This document shows positions 12,480 through 25,907 of a stretch of 64,000 nt of DNA, in pieces. The position numbers were made by a program, and so were the translations under genes. The stretch spans positions 221,216,001 through 221,280,000 of the forward strand of contig OZ024742.1 of NCBI GenBank assembly GCA_964016885.1. The letters run 5' to 3'. Numbering within the stretch: position 1 is the first letter of the stretch; each line of letters begins with the position of its first letter. The DNA is from Eledone cirrhosa. Its lineage: Eukaryota. The notes beneath the pieces were generated by a model. That model did no database searches. It was not told the origin of the DNA and was given only the letters and a program-made list of their open reading frames with translations.

Positions 12480-13990
12480 AATGTAAGAAGAAATTCCAAA
12501 CCTGGAAGAATGGCCTAGAATCAAAAGGTATTAAAGTTAACTTGTCAACGCCCAAAGTCCTAGTATGTAGGAAGGAAAACAGGGCCCAGACTCTCACAGA
12601 GAAATGGCCTTGCTCAGTGTGCAAAGAAGTATATCATCATCATCATCATCATCATTTTACGTCCGCTTTTCCCTGCTTGCAAGGGTGGGACGGGAACTGA
12701 TTCTGGCTTGATTTCTACAGCTGGATGCCCTTCCTAACACCAACCTCCTTTACAGTGAGTGCTGGGTGCTTTTTTGCCGTGGCACCTCCACGACCACTTT
12801 GCAGTGGAATGATAGGGACCCCAGTCCCTATCATCTCATTTCTACAGCTGAGTAAACTGGAGCAATGTGAAATAAAGTGTCTTGCTCAAGGAAACAACAC
12901 ATCACCCAGTCTGAGATTTGAACTCACAACCTTTCGATTGCAAAGCCAATGCTCTAACCACTAAGCCATGTGCCTGTAGGTAGAAATTCCATCCTATGTC
13001 CCAAATGCAAACTGTGGGTACACAAGACATGGCGTGGAATCTCAGGCAGATTAACAAAGAAAGTAGGTTTTACGTGTGGCTGTTGCACAGGTGTAGTAAG
13101 TAGGAAGAGCTCATAGGATATACTCTCCTTCGAATGCCCAGAGGGCTCTGTAAATCTAGTAGATAGTTTCTGTTACCTGGGTGACTAAATTAGCAGTGGA
13201 GGAGTGTGTTCTGAAAGTACAGTAGCTACCTGGGTGACTAAATTAGCAGTGGAGGAGTGTGTTCTGAAAGTACAGTAGCCAGAGTGAGATCGGGTTGGGG
13301 AAAGTTCAGGGAGTTACAACCGCTGCTAACTACAAAACGTTTTTCTCTCAAAATGAAAGGCAGACTGTATGATGCATATATACGAATAGCAATGTTGCAT
13401 GGTAGTGAGACTTGAGTACTATGTGTAGAGGACCTGTGAAGATTGGAAAGAAATCAAGCTTCCATGCTTTGATGGATGTTTAATAGTAATATACATCAAT
13501 GGTAAAGCATAAATGAAATGAAAGAGAAATTAGGTATAAGAGGAATGAGATGCAGTATGCAGGAAAGGAGATTGCATTGGTATGGACATGTGATACATAT
13601 GAAGGATGACAGCTGCATAAAAAGGTGCACAACACTCAAAGTTGATGGAAGTTGTGGAGTGCGGAGACCTAGGAAGACTTGGAATGAGGTGATAAAAGCT
13701 GACTTTGCATAATTGCATCTCTTAAAGGCAGAACTGTGATCTCTGGCGCTATGCAGTAATATAGAAGACCCACCTTCCCATATGCAGGGACTGAGGCATA
13801 CATCTAGTATGCACTACCCTCCCTCCCATCATCCCCCACATTGTAATCGCCCCACCTACATCCTAACACCCCACCACTAGATCTACCTCCCCAGTTTCCC
13901 CATGTATCTCCTCCACCCAAGCCCCCATTTCACACTATAAAGTGGTCATGTAGGTGTTACAACAAAAACCACCATCACACACTGTAAAGC
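12480..13990 (+). mobile_element. Degenerate RTE-clade LINE, 3' portion of ORF plus 3' UTR, interrupted by a SINE
   Basis: Translates as WKNGLESKGIKVN..KWPCSVCK / VGRNSILCPKCKLWVHK..VDSFCYLGD..GWGKFRELQPLL..RRLHWYGHV..RPRKTW, with stops and frameshifts. Confidence 0.85.
12633..12974 (-). mobile_element. Young tRNA-CORE-RTE-tail SINE nested in the RTE LINE
   Basis: Near-identical to 58039-58380 and 62368-62686. A/B boxes on the minus strand (TGGCTTAGTGG, GAGTTCAAATC) and an (ATG)n tail. It splits the CSVCK/VGRNS motif of the LINE. Confidence 0.9.
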
Positions 13991-14479
13991 AGGCTCTGGC
14001 CAATTGGATAGACCCAAGCCTCTCTGTCCTCCAGTATACAAATGTACAATGTAACTGGTTTAGCAGAAAGGTTCTTTAGAATAATATTTTTGGTTGTTCA
14101 CTGTATTTATTATTGGTGGTAGATGGGATCCGAAAGAGATGATGTATTAAGGCTGTGTGTTTGATGTTGGTAGTCCATGCGGAAGGATAATAGAGGAAAA
14201 TGGTGTGAGGATATATAACAAAGGATTTTTTTTTTTTTCTTAAAATATTACTATAAAATGCTATTTGAAATAAGGGCAGAATGTTGCTGGGCCCTTGCCG
14301 AGAGGACCAAAGTTCCTGGGTAAATGTTTCATCTTGCCAATTGCTCCAGGGAATAGATTGACATAACGTCCTGTTTGTAAGAAGAAGCTGCAACTTGTTG
14401 AAGTAAAAAAGAGGCGCACATTTTTTAACTGGGCGGAAGTAAGTGCCTGATATTTCTATGCCGCCGACTTACAGACCCA

Positions 14480-15540
14480 GTGACTTATCAAGCACAACTC
14501 AATTATTCCACCACGGTAAGTAGTGCCTTTGCTTACTACACTGGGAAAACATCAAGTGCATGTCTTCCTTCTGATGGATCGAATCTGGCTCAGACCAATA
14601 CCACCTCGCCTGCCTCCGATTCGCTTTGCAGCCATTCAGAGGTGTGTGTGGCTCAATTCGGTCCCCACCTCATCAACTGGTATCCTTCTTGATGATGAGT
14701 GCACTTGCATTCAAGTGGCCCAACACCTCGGCCTAACATGTGTGAGCCACACAAATGCTATTGTGGAGCTATTGTTGATAAGTTTGGTCTGCACCCGCTG
14801 TCGTGCCACCAGAGCACTGGCCAGTTTCCCTGACATGCTGCTCTCAATGACATATTGAGAAGGAGCCTGGACGTAGCTAGTTTCCCATCATAACTGGAGC
14901 CAGCAAGCCTTGACCAGGGAGATGGCAAGCGCCCTGGTGGAATTACTCTCTTCCCATTTGAAGGATGTAGATCCTTCATCTGGTATGCCACATGTGACAC
15001 ATTCTCTGCCTCCAACTTAGTTGCTTTAGCCACAGACCCCAGTACTGCGGCCCTCAATGCAGAGGACAGGAAAACAAATACCAGGAATTGTCCACCCACT
15101 TGCTCTTTGCACCGGTTGCTGTCGAGACTTCAGGAGTCCTCAGACTCCATACTGCCAAGCCGCTCTGTAAAATCAGAACTTCAGCAGCCTGTCTGAGGAA
15201 GGAGCCCTCAATGTGAGATGGCTGTTGCTGGCCATTGTCTGTAGAAATGTCTTTGCAATTTTGTGCGTGGGGTGCAGCTGAAACACCACCCCACTATAGG
15301 CATAGAGCCCATCATTCTCTCCCCTCCCCACCTTTCTTCCGTGGCCTAATAGTCTTTGCTTTTCCTCCTATTCATAGCATTTATAGTCCTTTCCTATACA
15401 GTCAGATCTACCCTTCGTTACCTCTTCCTCCTGTTTTCATTACTTAATTTTGTTTTTATATTTCCGTCATTGTATAACTTCTGTCTGTAAAGTATAGTTA
15501 ACATGTCTATGTATAATTGATAAAATAAAAAAATATATAA
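14480..15540 (+). mobile_element. Degenerate CRE-clade non-LTR retrotransposon 3' end (zinc knuckle plus restriction-like endonuclease)
   Basis: From 14741: CEPHKCYCGAIVDKFGLHPLSC..HAALNDILRR..LEP..DGKRPGGITLFPF..WYATCDT..AALNAEDRK..FAPVAVETSG, with in-frame stops. A-rich tail at ~15520-15540. Confidence 0.8.
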
Positions 15541-16047
15541 CAAAACAATGGACTAAGGGAGATAATTAGGAAGGTTTAGTCTCTTGTCAAATTATGGGAG
15601 TGAAGTTATAAATACGAAATTGATGCGCCTTGATCTTAATTTTTATTCGAATTTATTTACCTTTATCTACCTGTCTGTGCCAGGGGTTCCTAAAGTGATT
15701 TGATATCAGCCTCCAAACCAGAGATCGATAAGCTTACCCAGGGAATCAATTGAACTTATTGGCAAAAACCTGACATTTCTATCAGAAATAAAAATATATA
15801 AAATAATATAAAATCTAACTTATATAGGTTTTTGATTTATATATAACTAGATGAGGACGACGTCTTCTTCCACTTTCTGTCACCCCCACACACTCACTCA
15901 CTCATTCTGTTTCTCTAAACCTGACATTTCCTTCTCTCTCTCTATGTACATATCTCCTCCTTTCTCTCTCTATATATAGACGAGGATGACGTAACTTTCT
16001 GTCTATCTACCTCTTTCAGTCATCTTGAAAACACACGGCTTCCCTTT

Positions 16048-16082
<35 letters not shown>

Positions 16083-16469
16083 CTCGTTTGGCGTTTCCAC
16101 TCTCTATATAAAGTGAACTTGATGGAGGGACGGACGGACATACATACATCGCTCTTATTATAATATAGATTAGTCTTTATTTTCTGTTTACCGATTTATT
16201 TACTGACTTATACATTTTTGTACATGGGTGCGGGTCGATGAGGGGAATCAAGGATTCTATGAAGGGGTCTATAAAGTTTCGGGATTCTTGCGTTATGTCT
16301 ACCTGTTAATTTTCCATCTATCTTTATTGTTACCTACCTGCAATTTTGTTGTCTCAATTTCTCTCTGGTCTATCTCACTGTCAGTATGTCTGCTTGTCTA
16401 TCTCACAGTCTGCCTATATATCTCATTGCCTGCCTGACTGTCGTCTGTCTACTTTATTCTTCTTCACCC

Positions 16470-16730
16470 ACTTATTCCTGAGAGGGTTGTGGGGGCAGAG
16501 ACCTCAAACAATCCTTCCAGCGGATCCTATCAGAAGCAACCATCTCCAACTGATCCAATTGGATCCCCAAGCGAGACCAGCCAAGCTCATGGGTGTTATC
16601 CAACCATGTTGCTCTGGGTCTCCTGCTGGTTGGTTTTGCCCGTAAAATATGTTGCACAATTCTTTCCTTAGACATTCTAACCATATGCCCATAGTATTAG
16701 GCATAATGTCTACGTGACTATCCACATTTT
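16470..16730 (-). mobile_element. LINE C-terminal fragment (RTE-like)
   Basis: YGHMVRMSKERIV..RRPRATWLD..ASDRIRWK, a typical LINE ORF C-terminus. Confidence 0.65.
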
Positions 16731-17699
16731 AGGTGTCTGTCTGACTAGTCATCTATCAATATAAGTTTCTCTCTGTCCCACTGTGATTATGAAGGATAAT
16801 CTAAAGGTGCACAGCTCTACTGTCTACTTCTCTATCTACCTATCTGTCTGTCTACCAGTTTGATGACGTCATAGCATGGGACTGCCTAGACATGGTCATA
16901 TCCCAAATGCTCCCTGGTTGGGTTACCTACAGTAAGCTTGAGGAATTTTAGGGAGCAACTGGTAAGGAAATCAATTTAAGGTAAAATTTAAAATTAAGTG
17001 AGTAAACAAAGGGTAAATTGATTAAAAATTACACAAATGGTAAGCAAGTTTCATCAAAGGATGGAGTGGGAAACCCAAATTGACAAAATTTCTTCTATAC
17101 TGGTGGTAGTCTCCGAAATCATAAGGTGAATTTGGTATTGAATGTCTTCCTTTTGAAGTTTAGATAAATGTTTGGTTCTAGTGGGCTTTCAAAATGAGCT
17201 GGCTGTTTGTTAGAGTTCATATTTGCTAGCATGATATATCCTGTACACTCTGTAAGTGGCTGATGTTAGGAAAGGCATCCAACCATAGAAACCATGCCAA
17301 ATGTGGAACATATGAACAGGATGAGTTCTCACCAACCAATCTAGTCTTGGTTTGCATAGATTGTCGCAGTCCATGTCATATGGAAGGTGAACATAAATGA
17401 TAATGGCGATGAATGATTATATACAGCCACATGATGTATATTGGATTTTAAGTCTGCTTCCTGTACTGGCATGGGTTGAATGGATCATAAAAGTTGAAGT
17501 CAGCTCTGTGTATTCTGAAGTCCTGCCTCCTGGCAGTGGAAAAATGGCGAAATAAGGCTGAATAGTCACAGATAGTCAACTCTTGTTCAAAGATAATGCT
17601 CTCCTAGATATGTTTGAAGGGGGAGAGGGAACCAAGCCACACTTGTATGTTGCATTTTTGGAATGGGATCTACGGTTGGATGCCCTTTTAAATGCTAAC

Positions 17700-18146
17700 C
17701 ACCATACACAGAATACAGGGTGCATCTTATTGTGCAACCAGCAATATCACTTTATGAAACTATTGGGAGCATCTTATTGTGGCACCAGTAATATCACTTT
17801 ACAGAGTATTAGGTGCATCTTATTGTGGCACCAGTAATATCACTTTACAAGAGTATTGGGTGCATCTTATTGTGGCACCAGTAATATCACTTTACAGATT
17901 ATTGGCTGCATCTTATTGTGGCACCAGTAATACCACTTTACGAAAGTATTGGGTGCATCTTATTGTGGCACCAGTAATATCACTTTACAAGAGTATTGGG
18001 TGCATCTTATTGTGGCACCAGTAATATCACTTTAAGAGAGTATTGAGTGCATCTTATTATGGCACCAGTAATATCACTTTACAGAGTATTGGGTGCATCT
18101 TATTGTGGCACCAGCAATATCACTTTACAGAGTATTGGGTGCATCT
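17700..18146. repeat. Satellite array 3 (~9-10 monomers) with a natural, degenerate left end
   Basis: Begins directly after CTACGGTTGGATGCCCTTTTAAATGCTAACC (RTE-tail motif) with diverged first monomers. Confidence 0.95.
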
Positions 18147-18545
18147 CGCTCGATTTTGGTGGGAAATAATTATCTTTCCGTGTTTTTTCTGAACCTTAAA
18201 GATTTAACCCTTTTTTGTTTGTTTGTATCCCTACATAACATCTAGCTATATTTGAGAGAAATTTGTTTACTATATCGCCAGCTGATGGAGACTCATTACA
18301 TAGTGACTTTTCTCTATGGCTCATTAACCTACGTATCAACAAGTCCTGCACATCTAATCGAATTATTTCCCTATTACAAATTTTATGCGTCATTTGAAAA
18401 AAAATTATCTTCTCTCAATATACTTGTTCTTATGAAAAAGAAAAGAAAAGAAAACTCCTTTTGAATACAATTTGAAATCATTCGTGATACTATAACATAA
18501 TATAACATTTATACAGTATATATAGTTAATTTGTTAATACCAGTA

Positions 18546-18645
18546 GGGTGTGGGAGCTTAGCCGTGTAGTTACTTCGTTCATACCTATCTAAGCTGATGT
18601 TTTCAAACCTAACGACCACTGGCGCTGTCTCGTACATTCTTTTTT
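18546..18645 (+). ncRNA. Putative vault RNA gene, subtype A2
   Basis: GGGTGTGGGAGCTTAGCCGTGTAGTTACTTCG ... GACCACTGGCGCTGTCTCGTACATTC then T6. TATA lies ~30 bp upstream. Confidence 0.6.
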
Positions 18646-20272
18646 GTCCCTTAAGCGCTGTCTCGTACATTCATTTTTGTCCCTTAAGCACCATCGTCAC
18701 AAATTATTTTATTTTCAACAACTCACCACTTCAATATTTTCTGTGTATCGATAAGGCGTCAGATAACGATTTGCGGCATAGTTATCTCCCTTTACGTTTT
18801 GATTTCAAATCCAGTCTAGGTTAAGCTTTACCTTTCATCCTTACAGAGTCGATACAATAAAATATCGGTAACTCACTGGCGTCGATTTAATCGATTTCGC
18901 CACAAAATTGTTGGTCTTGTACCTAAATCAGAAACCATTATTATTTTAAAATGAGTTCAAATCAGCCAAGATCAGCTTTGCTTTTCATCCTTCCGGGACC
19001 AATTAAGTAAAGTACAAGTTATGAACTGGTTTGACATTATCGAACTTCCCCTTCAAATTACAGGCCTTGTGTCTAAACTAGAAGGGGCGCAGCCCAAACA
19101 CTGCCCTGCCCTAGTGACTTCATTTTTGCAATTCTACTGTTTGTTTGTGTGTGTCTGTATGTGGTAATGGTGTTCTGCTCTTGATTGTAAGATCATGAGT
19201 TCAATTCCCTGTGATATGTGTCCTTGTACAAAATACTTTATTTCACGCTGCTCCACCTGGCAAAATCAAGTTGTACTTGTCATTCAAAGAGCCCCATCAC
19301 ACTGAATCTCCCTGAGAGCTATGTTAACAGCACACGTGTCCATGGATTACTCAGCTACTTGCATGTTAATTTCATCTGCAGGCTGTTCCGTTGGTCGAAC
19401 AGTTGGAGCACCCATCGTCGGAACCGACAGAGGCCCAACAGCAGCAATAGTGCATGTGTGTGTGTGTGTGTGTAATGCCTGGCTCTTTATTGATTTGTTA
19501 CTTTTGTAAACCATAAACATATGATTTGATACACACCATATGCTTGTAGCTTGAACGTGACAAAACGAAGGGAGCCATCAATATTATAAAAATAGTCATA
19601 TTCTTGGGATAAATCCAAATGTGATACCACTAAGTAATTTCATTTGGCCTTGATAGACTAGCTAGCCCTGTGCCACCAAAAATGATGGCTAATTGTAGTA
19701 TTTTGTTTAATAATTCTTTTATTATAAACTTTTTTGTGTGGATAGACTATCCACAACTAACATAGATAACCAAGATAATATATTTGTGTGAATATCTATA
19801 CATTTATGTATATGTATGGTCCTGAGTTGTAGGGATGCCGTATTGATATACTACATTTTTTGAACATTTGAAGCCTACTGGAACCCATCCCTCTCCAGGA
19901 CTGAGTACAGTAGATTTATTCAAGAGCGAGGAAGAATTGACACAAGTACTAGACTGGTACTTCTTTTACCGACCTCAAAAGGATGAAACTCGGCGCGATT
20001 TGAACTCAGAGAACAGAAAGCCGGAACAAATTCCATAAAGCTTCCTATCCGACGTTCTGATGACTCTGCCAATTCGCTGCTTTTATCTATACATTTATAT
20101 GTATGAGTATAAAATATAAACACACAAACACATATACACTCATACAAATATAGATATATTCACACAAACACATATTCACTCGCATACATTCACACAAGTG
20201 ATATAAACACATAAAAACTAACATCATCATCATCATCATCGTTTAACATCTATCTTCCACGCTAGCAGAAAG

Positions 20273-22373
20273 CCGGTAATATCACTTTAGAGTATTGGGT
20301 GCATCTTATTGTGGCACCAGTAATATCACTTTAGAGTATTGGGAGCATCTTATTGTGGCACCAGTAATATCACTTTACGAGAGTATTGGGTGCATCATAT
20401 TGTGGCACCAGTAATATCACTTTACGAGAGTATTGGGTGCATCTTATTGTGGCACCAGTAATATCACTCTAGAGTATTGGGTGCATCTTATTGTGGCACC
20501 GGTAATATCACTTTAGAGTATTGGGTGCATCTTATTGTGGGACCAGTAATATCACTTTACGAGAGTATTGGGTGCATCTTATTGTGGCACCAGTAATATC
20601 ACTTTAGAGTATTGGGTGCATCTTATTGTGGCACCAGTAATATTACTTTACAGAGGATTGGATGCATCTTATTGTGGCACCAGTAATATCACTTTAGAGT
20701 ATTGGGTGCATCTTATTGTGGCACCAGTAATATTACTTTACAGAGTATTGGGTGCATCTTATTGTGGCAGCAGTAATATCACTTTACAGAGTATTGGGTG
20801 CATCTTATTGTGACACCAGTAATATCACTTTACAGAGTATTGGGTGCATCTTATTGTGGCAGCAGTAATATCACTTTACAGAGTATTGGGTGCACCTTAT
20901 TGTGGCGCCAGTAATATCACTTTACAGAGTATTGGGTGCATCTTATTGTGGCACCAGTAATATCACTTTACAGAGGATTGGGTGCATCTTATTGTGGCAC
21001 CAGTAATATCACTTTAGAGTATTGGGTGCATCTTATTGTGGCACCAGTAATATTACTTTACAGTGTATTGGGTGCATCTTATTGTGGCAGCAGTAATATC
21101 ACTTTACAGAGTATTGGATGCATCTTATTGTGGCACCAGTAATATCACTTTAGAGTATTGGGTGCATCTTATTGTGGCACCAGTAATATCACTTTACAGA
21201 GTATTGGGTGCATCTTATTGTGGCAGCAGTAATATCACTTTACAGAGTATTGGGTGCATCGTATTGTGGCACCAGTAATATCACTTTACAGAGTATTGGG
21301 TGCATCTTATTGTGGCACCAGCAATACCACTTTACAGAGAATTGGGTGCCTCTTATTGTGGTGCCAGTAATATCACTTTACAGAGGATTGGGTGCATCTT
21401 ATTGTGGCACCAGTAATATCACTTTACAGGACTATTGGGAGCATCTTATTGTGGCACCAGTAATATCATTTTACGAGACTATTGGGTGCATCTTATTGTG
21501 GCACCCATAACATCACTTTACAGAGTATTGGGTGCACCTTATTGTGGGACCAGTAATATCACTTTACAGAGTATTGGGAGCATCTTATTGTGGCATCAGT
21601 AATATCACTTTACAGAGTATTGGGTGCATCTTATTGTGGCACCAGTAATATCACTTTACAGAGTATTGGGTGCATCTAATTGTGGCACCAGTAATATCAC
21701 TTTACAGAGTATTGGGTGCATCTTATGGTGGCACCAGTAATATCACTTTACAGAGTATTGGGTGCACCTTATTGTGGGACCAGCAATATCACTTTACAGA
21801 GTATTGGGTGCATCTTATTGTGGCACCAGTAATATCACTTTAAGAGAGTATTGGGTGCAACTTATTGTGGCACCAGTAATATCACTTTACAGAGTATTGG
21901 TTGCATCGTATTGTGGCACCCATAATATCACTTTACAGAGTATTGGGTGCATCTTATTGTGGGACCAGCAATATCACTTTACAGAGTATTGGGTGCATCT
22001 TATTGTGGCACCAGCAATATCACTTTACGAGAGTATTGGGTGCATCTTATTGTGGCACCAGTAATATCACTTTACGAGAGTATTGGGTGCATCTTATTGT
22101 GGCACCAGTAATATCACTTTACGAGAGTATTGGGTGCATCTTATTGTGGCACCAGTAATATCACTTTACAGAGTATTGTGTGCATCTTATTATGACGCCA
22201 GTAATATCACTTTACAAAGTATTGGGTGCATCTTATTGTGGCACCAGTAATATCACTTTACGAGAGTGTTGCGTTCATCTTATTGTGGCACCAGCAATAT
22301 CACTTTACAGAGTATTGGGAGCATCTTATTGTGGCACCAGCAATATCACTTTACGAGAGTATTGGGTGCACCT
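20273..22373. repeat. Satellite array 4 (~46 monomers)
   Basis: Same monomer, with many 44-bp variants at the left end. Confidence 0.98.
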
Positions 22374-22771
22374 CGCTCGATTTTGGTGGGAAATAATTAT
22401 CTTTCCTTGTTTTTTCTGAACCTTAAAGATTTAACCCTTTTTTGTTTGTTTGTATCCCTACATAACATCTAGCTATATTTGAGAGAAATTTGTTTACTAT
22501 ATCGCCAGCTGATGGAGACTCATTACATAGTGACTTTTCTCTATGGCTCATTAACCTGCGTATCAACAAGTCCTGCACATCTAATCGAATTATTTCCCTA
22601 TTACAAATTTTATGCGTCATTTGAAAAAAAATTATCTTCTCTCAATATACTTGTTCTTATGAAAAAGAAAAGAAAAGAAAAGTCCTTTTGAATACAATTT
22701 GAAATCATTTGTGATACTATAACATAATATAACATTTATACAGTATATATAGTTAATTTGTTAATGTGTTT

Positions 22772-22873
22772 GATGTGGGAGCTTAGCCGTGTGGTTACTT
22801 CGTTTATACTTAAGAACTATCCAAATGTTTTCAAAGCTAACGACTACTGGCGCTGTCTCGTACATTCATTTTT
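22772..22873 (+). ncRNA. Putative vault RNA gene, subtype A1
   Basis: GATGTGGGAGCTTAGCCGTGTGGTTACTTCG ... GACTACTGGCGCTGTCTCGTACATTCA then T5. TATATATA at 22744-22751. Confidence 0.65.
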
Positions 22874-24803
22874 GTCCCTTAAGCAAATTTATCACCACCA
22901 TCGTCACAAATTATTTTATTTTCAACAACTCACCACTTCAATATTTTCTGTGTATCGATAAGGCGCCAGATAACGATTTGCGGTATAGTTATCTCCCTTT
23001 ACGTTTTGATTTCAAATCCAGTCTTTGGTTAAGCTTTACCTATCATCCTTACAGAGTCGATAAAATAAAGTATCGGTAACTCACTGGCGTCGATTTAATC
23101 GATTTCCTCACAAAAATGTTGGTCTTGTACCTAAATCAGAAACCATTATTATTTTAAAATGAGTTCAAATCAGCCAAGATCAGCTTTGCTTTTCATCCTT
23201 CCGGGACCAATTAAGTAAAGTACAAGTTATGAACTGGTTTGACATTATCGAACTTCCCCTTCAAATTACAGGCCTTGTGTCTAAACTAGAAGGGGCGCAG
23301 CCCAAACACTGCCCTGCCCTATGCCCAGAGCCCATCACCCTCTCCTTCTTCTGTGGTCAAAAGTCTTTGCTTTTTTCCTTCTTTTCCTCTTAACTATGGC
23401 ATTTATAGTCCTTTCCTTTACTTTCCCATACAACTAGATCTGCCCTTTTTTTTACCCCTTCCCTTTTTTCTCATTACTTTTGTTTTTATCTTTCCTTTTC
23501 ATATTTCCATTATTGTATAACATATTTTTTATTTGTATATAAATATTTGTGTATTATTGGTGTTCTATACAGAATATATTAATCTCTAATCCCAAAATTA
23601 TATGTTAGCATATAAAAAGAATGTTCTAGTTTATTTCTATAGTGACTTGATTTTTGCAATTCTACTGTTTGTTTGTGTGTGTCTGTATGTGGTAATGGTG
23701 TTCTGCTCTTGATTGTAAGATCATCAGTTCAATTCCCTGTGATATGTGTCCTTGTACAAGATACTTTATTTAACGCTGTTCCACCTGGCAAAATCAAGTT
23801 GTACTTGTCATTCAAAGGGCCCCATCACACTGAATCTCCCTGAGAGCTATGTTAACAGCACACGTGTCCATGGATTACTCAGCTACTTGCATGTTAATTT
23901 CATCTGCAGGCTGTTCCGTTGGTCGAACAGTTGGAGCACCCATCGTCGGAACCGACAGAGGCCCAACAGCAGCAATAGTGCATGTGTGTGTGTGTGTGTG
24001 TAATGCCTGGCTCTTTATTGATTTGTTACTTTTGTAAACCATAAACATATGATTTGATACACACCATATGCTTGTAGCTTGAACGTGACAAAACGAAGGG
24101 AGCCATCAATATTATAAAAATAGTCATATTCTTGGGATAAATCCAAATGTGATACCACTAAGTAATTTCATTTGGCCTTGATAGACTAGCTAGCCCTGTG
24201 CCACCAAACATGATGGCTAATTGTAGTATTTTGTTTAATAATTCTTTTATTATAAACTTTTTTGTGTGGATAGACTATCCACAACTAACATAGATAACCA
24301 AGATAATATATTTGTGTGAATATCTATACATTTATGTATATGTATGGTCCTGAGTTGTAGGGATGCCGTATTGATATACTACATTTTTTGAACATTTGAA
24401 GCCTACCGGAACCCATCCCTCTCCAGGACTGAGTACAGTAGATTTATTCAAGAGCGAGGAAGAATTGACACAAGTACTAGACTGGTGCTTCTTTTACCGA
24501 CCTCAAAAGGATGAAACTCGGCGCGATTTGAACTCAGAGAACAGAAAGCCGGAACAAATTTTATAAAGCTTTCTATCCGACGTTCTGATGACTCTGCCAA
24601 TTCGCTGCTTTTATCTATACATTTATATGTATGAGTATAAAATATAAACACACAAACACATATACACTCATACAAATATAGATATATTCACACAAACACA
24701 TATTCACACGCATACATTCACACAAGTGATATAAACACATAAAAACTAACATCATCATCATCATCATCATCGTTTAACATCTATCTTCCACGCTAGCAGA
24801 AAG

Positions 24804-25907
24804 CCGGTAATATCACTTGAGAGTATTGGGTGCATCTTATTGTGGCACCAGTAATATCACTTTTCAGAGTATTGAGAGCATCTTATTGTGGCACCAGTAA
24901 TATCACTTTACAGAGGATTGGATGCATCTTATTGTGGCACCCATAATATCACTTTATAAGAGTATTGCGAGCATTTAATTGTGGCACCAGTAATATCACT
25001 TTACAGAGTATTGGGAGCATCTTATTGTGGCACCAGTAATATCACTTTACAGAGTATTGGGAGCATCTTATTATGGCACCAGTAATATCACTCTACAGAG
25101 TATTGGGAGCATCTTATTTTGGCACCAGTAATATCACTCTACAGAGTATTGGGAGCATCTTATTATGGCACCAGTAATATCACTTTAAGAGAGTATTGGG
25201 TGCATCTTATTGTGGCACCAGCAATATCACTTTACGAGAGTATTGGGTGCATCTTATTGTGGCACCAGTAATATTACTTTACAGAGTATTGGGTGCATCT
25301 TATTGTGGCACCCATAATATCACTTTACAGAGTATTGGGTGCATCTTATTGTGGTACCAGCAATATCACTTTACAAGAGTATTGGGTGCATCTTATTGTG
25401 GCACCCATAATATCACTTTACAGAGTATTGGGTGCATCTTATTGTGGCACCAGTAATATCACTTTACAAGAGTATTGGGTGCATCTTATTGTGGCACCAG
25501 TAATATCACTTTACGAGAGTATTGGGTGCATCTTATTGTGGCACCCATAATATCACTTTACGAGAGTATTGGGTGCATCTTATTGTGGCACCCATAATAT
25601 CACTTTACAGAGTATTGGGTGCATCTTATTGTGGCACCAGTAATATCACTTTACGAGAGTATTGGGTGCATCTTATTGTGGCACCCATAATATCACTTTA
25701 CAAGAGTATTGGGAGCATCTTATTGTGGCACCAGCAATATCACTTTACAGAGTATTGGGTGCATCTTATTGTGGCACCAGTAATATCACTTTACAAGAGT
25801 ATTGGGTGCATCTTATTGTGGCACCAGTAATATCACTTAACGAGTCTATCAGGTACATCTTATTGTGGCACCAGTAATATCACTTTACAAGAGTATTGGG
25901 TGCATCT
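24804..25907. repeat. Satellite array 5 (~24 monomers)
   Basis: Same monomer as the other arrays. Confidence 0.98.
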
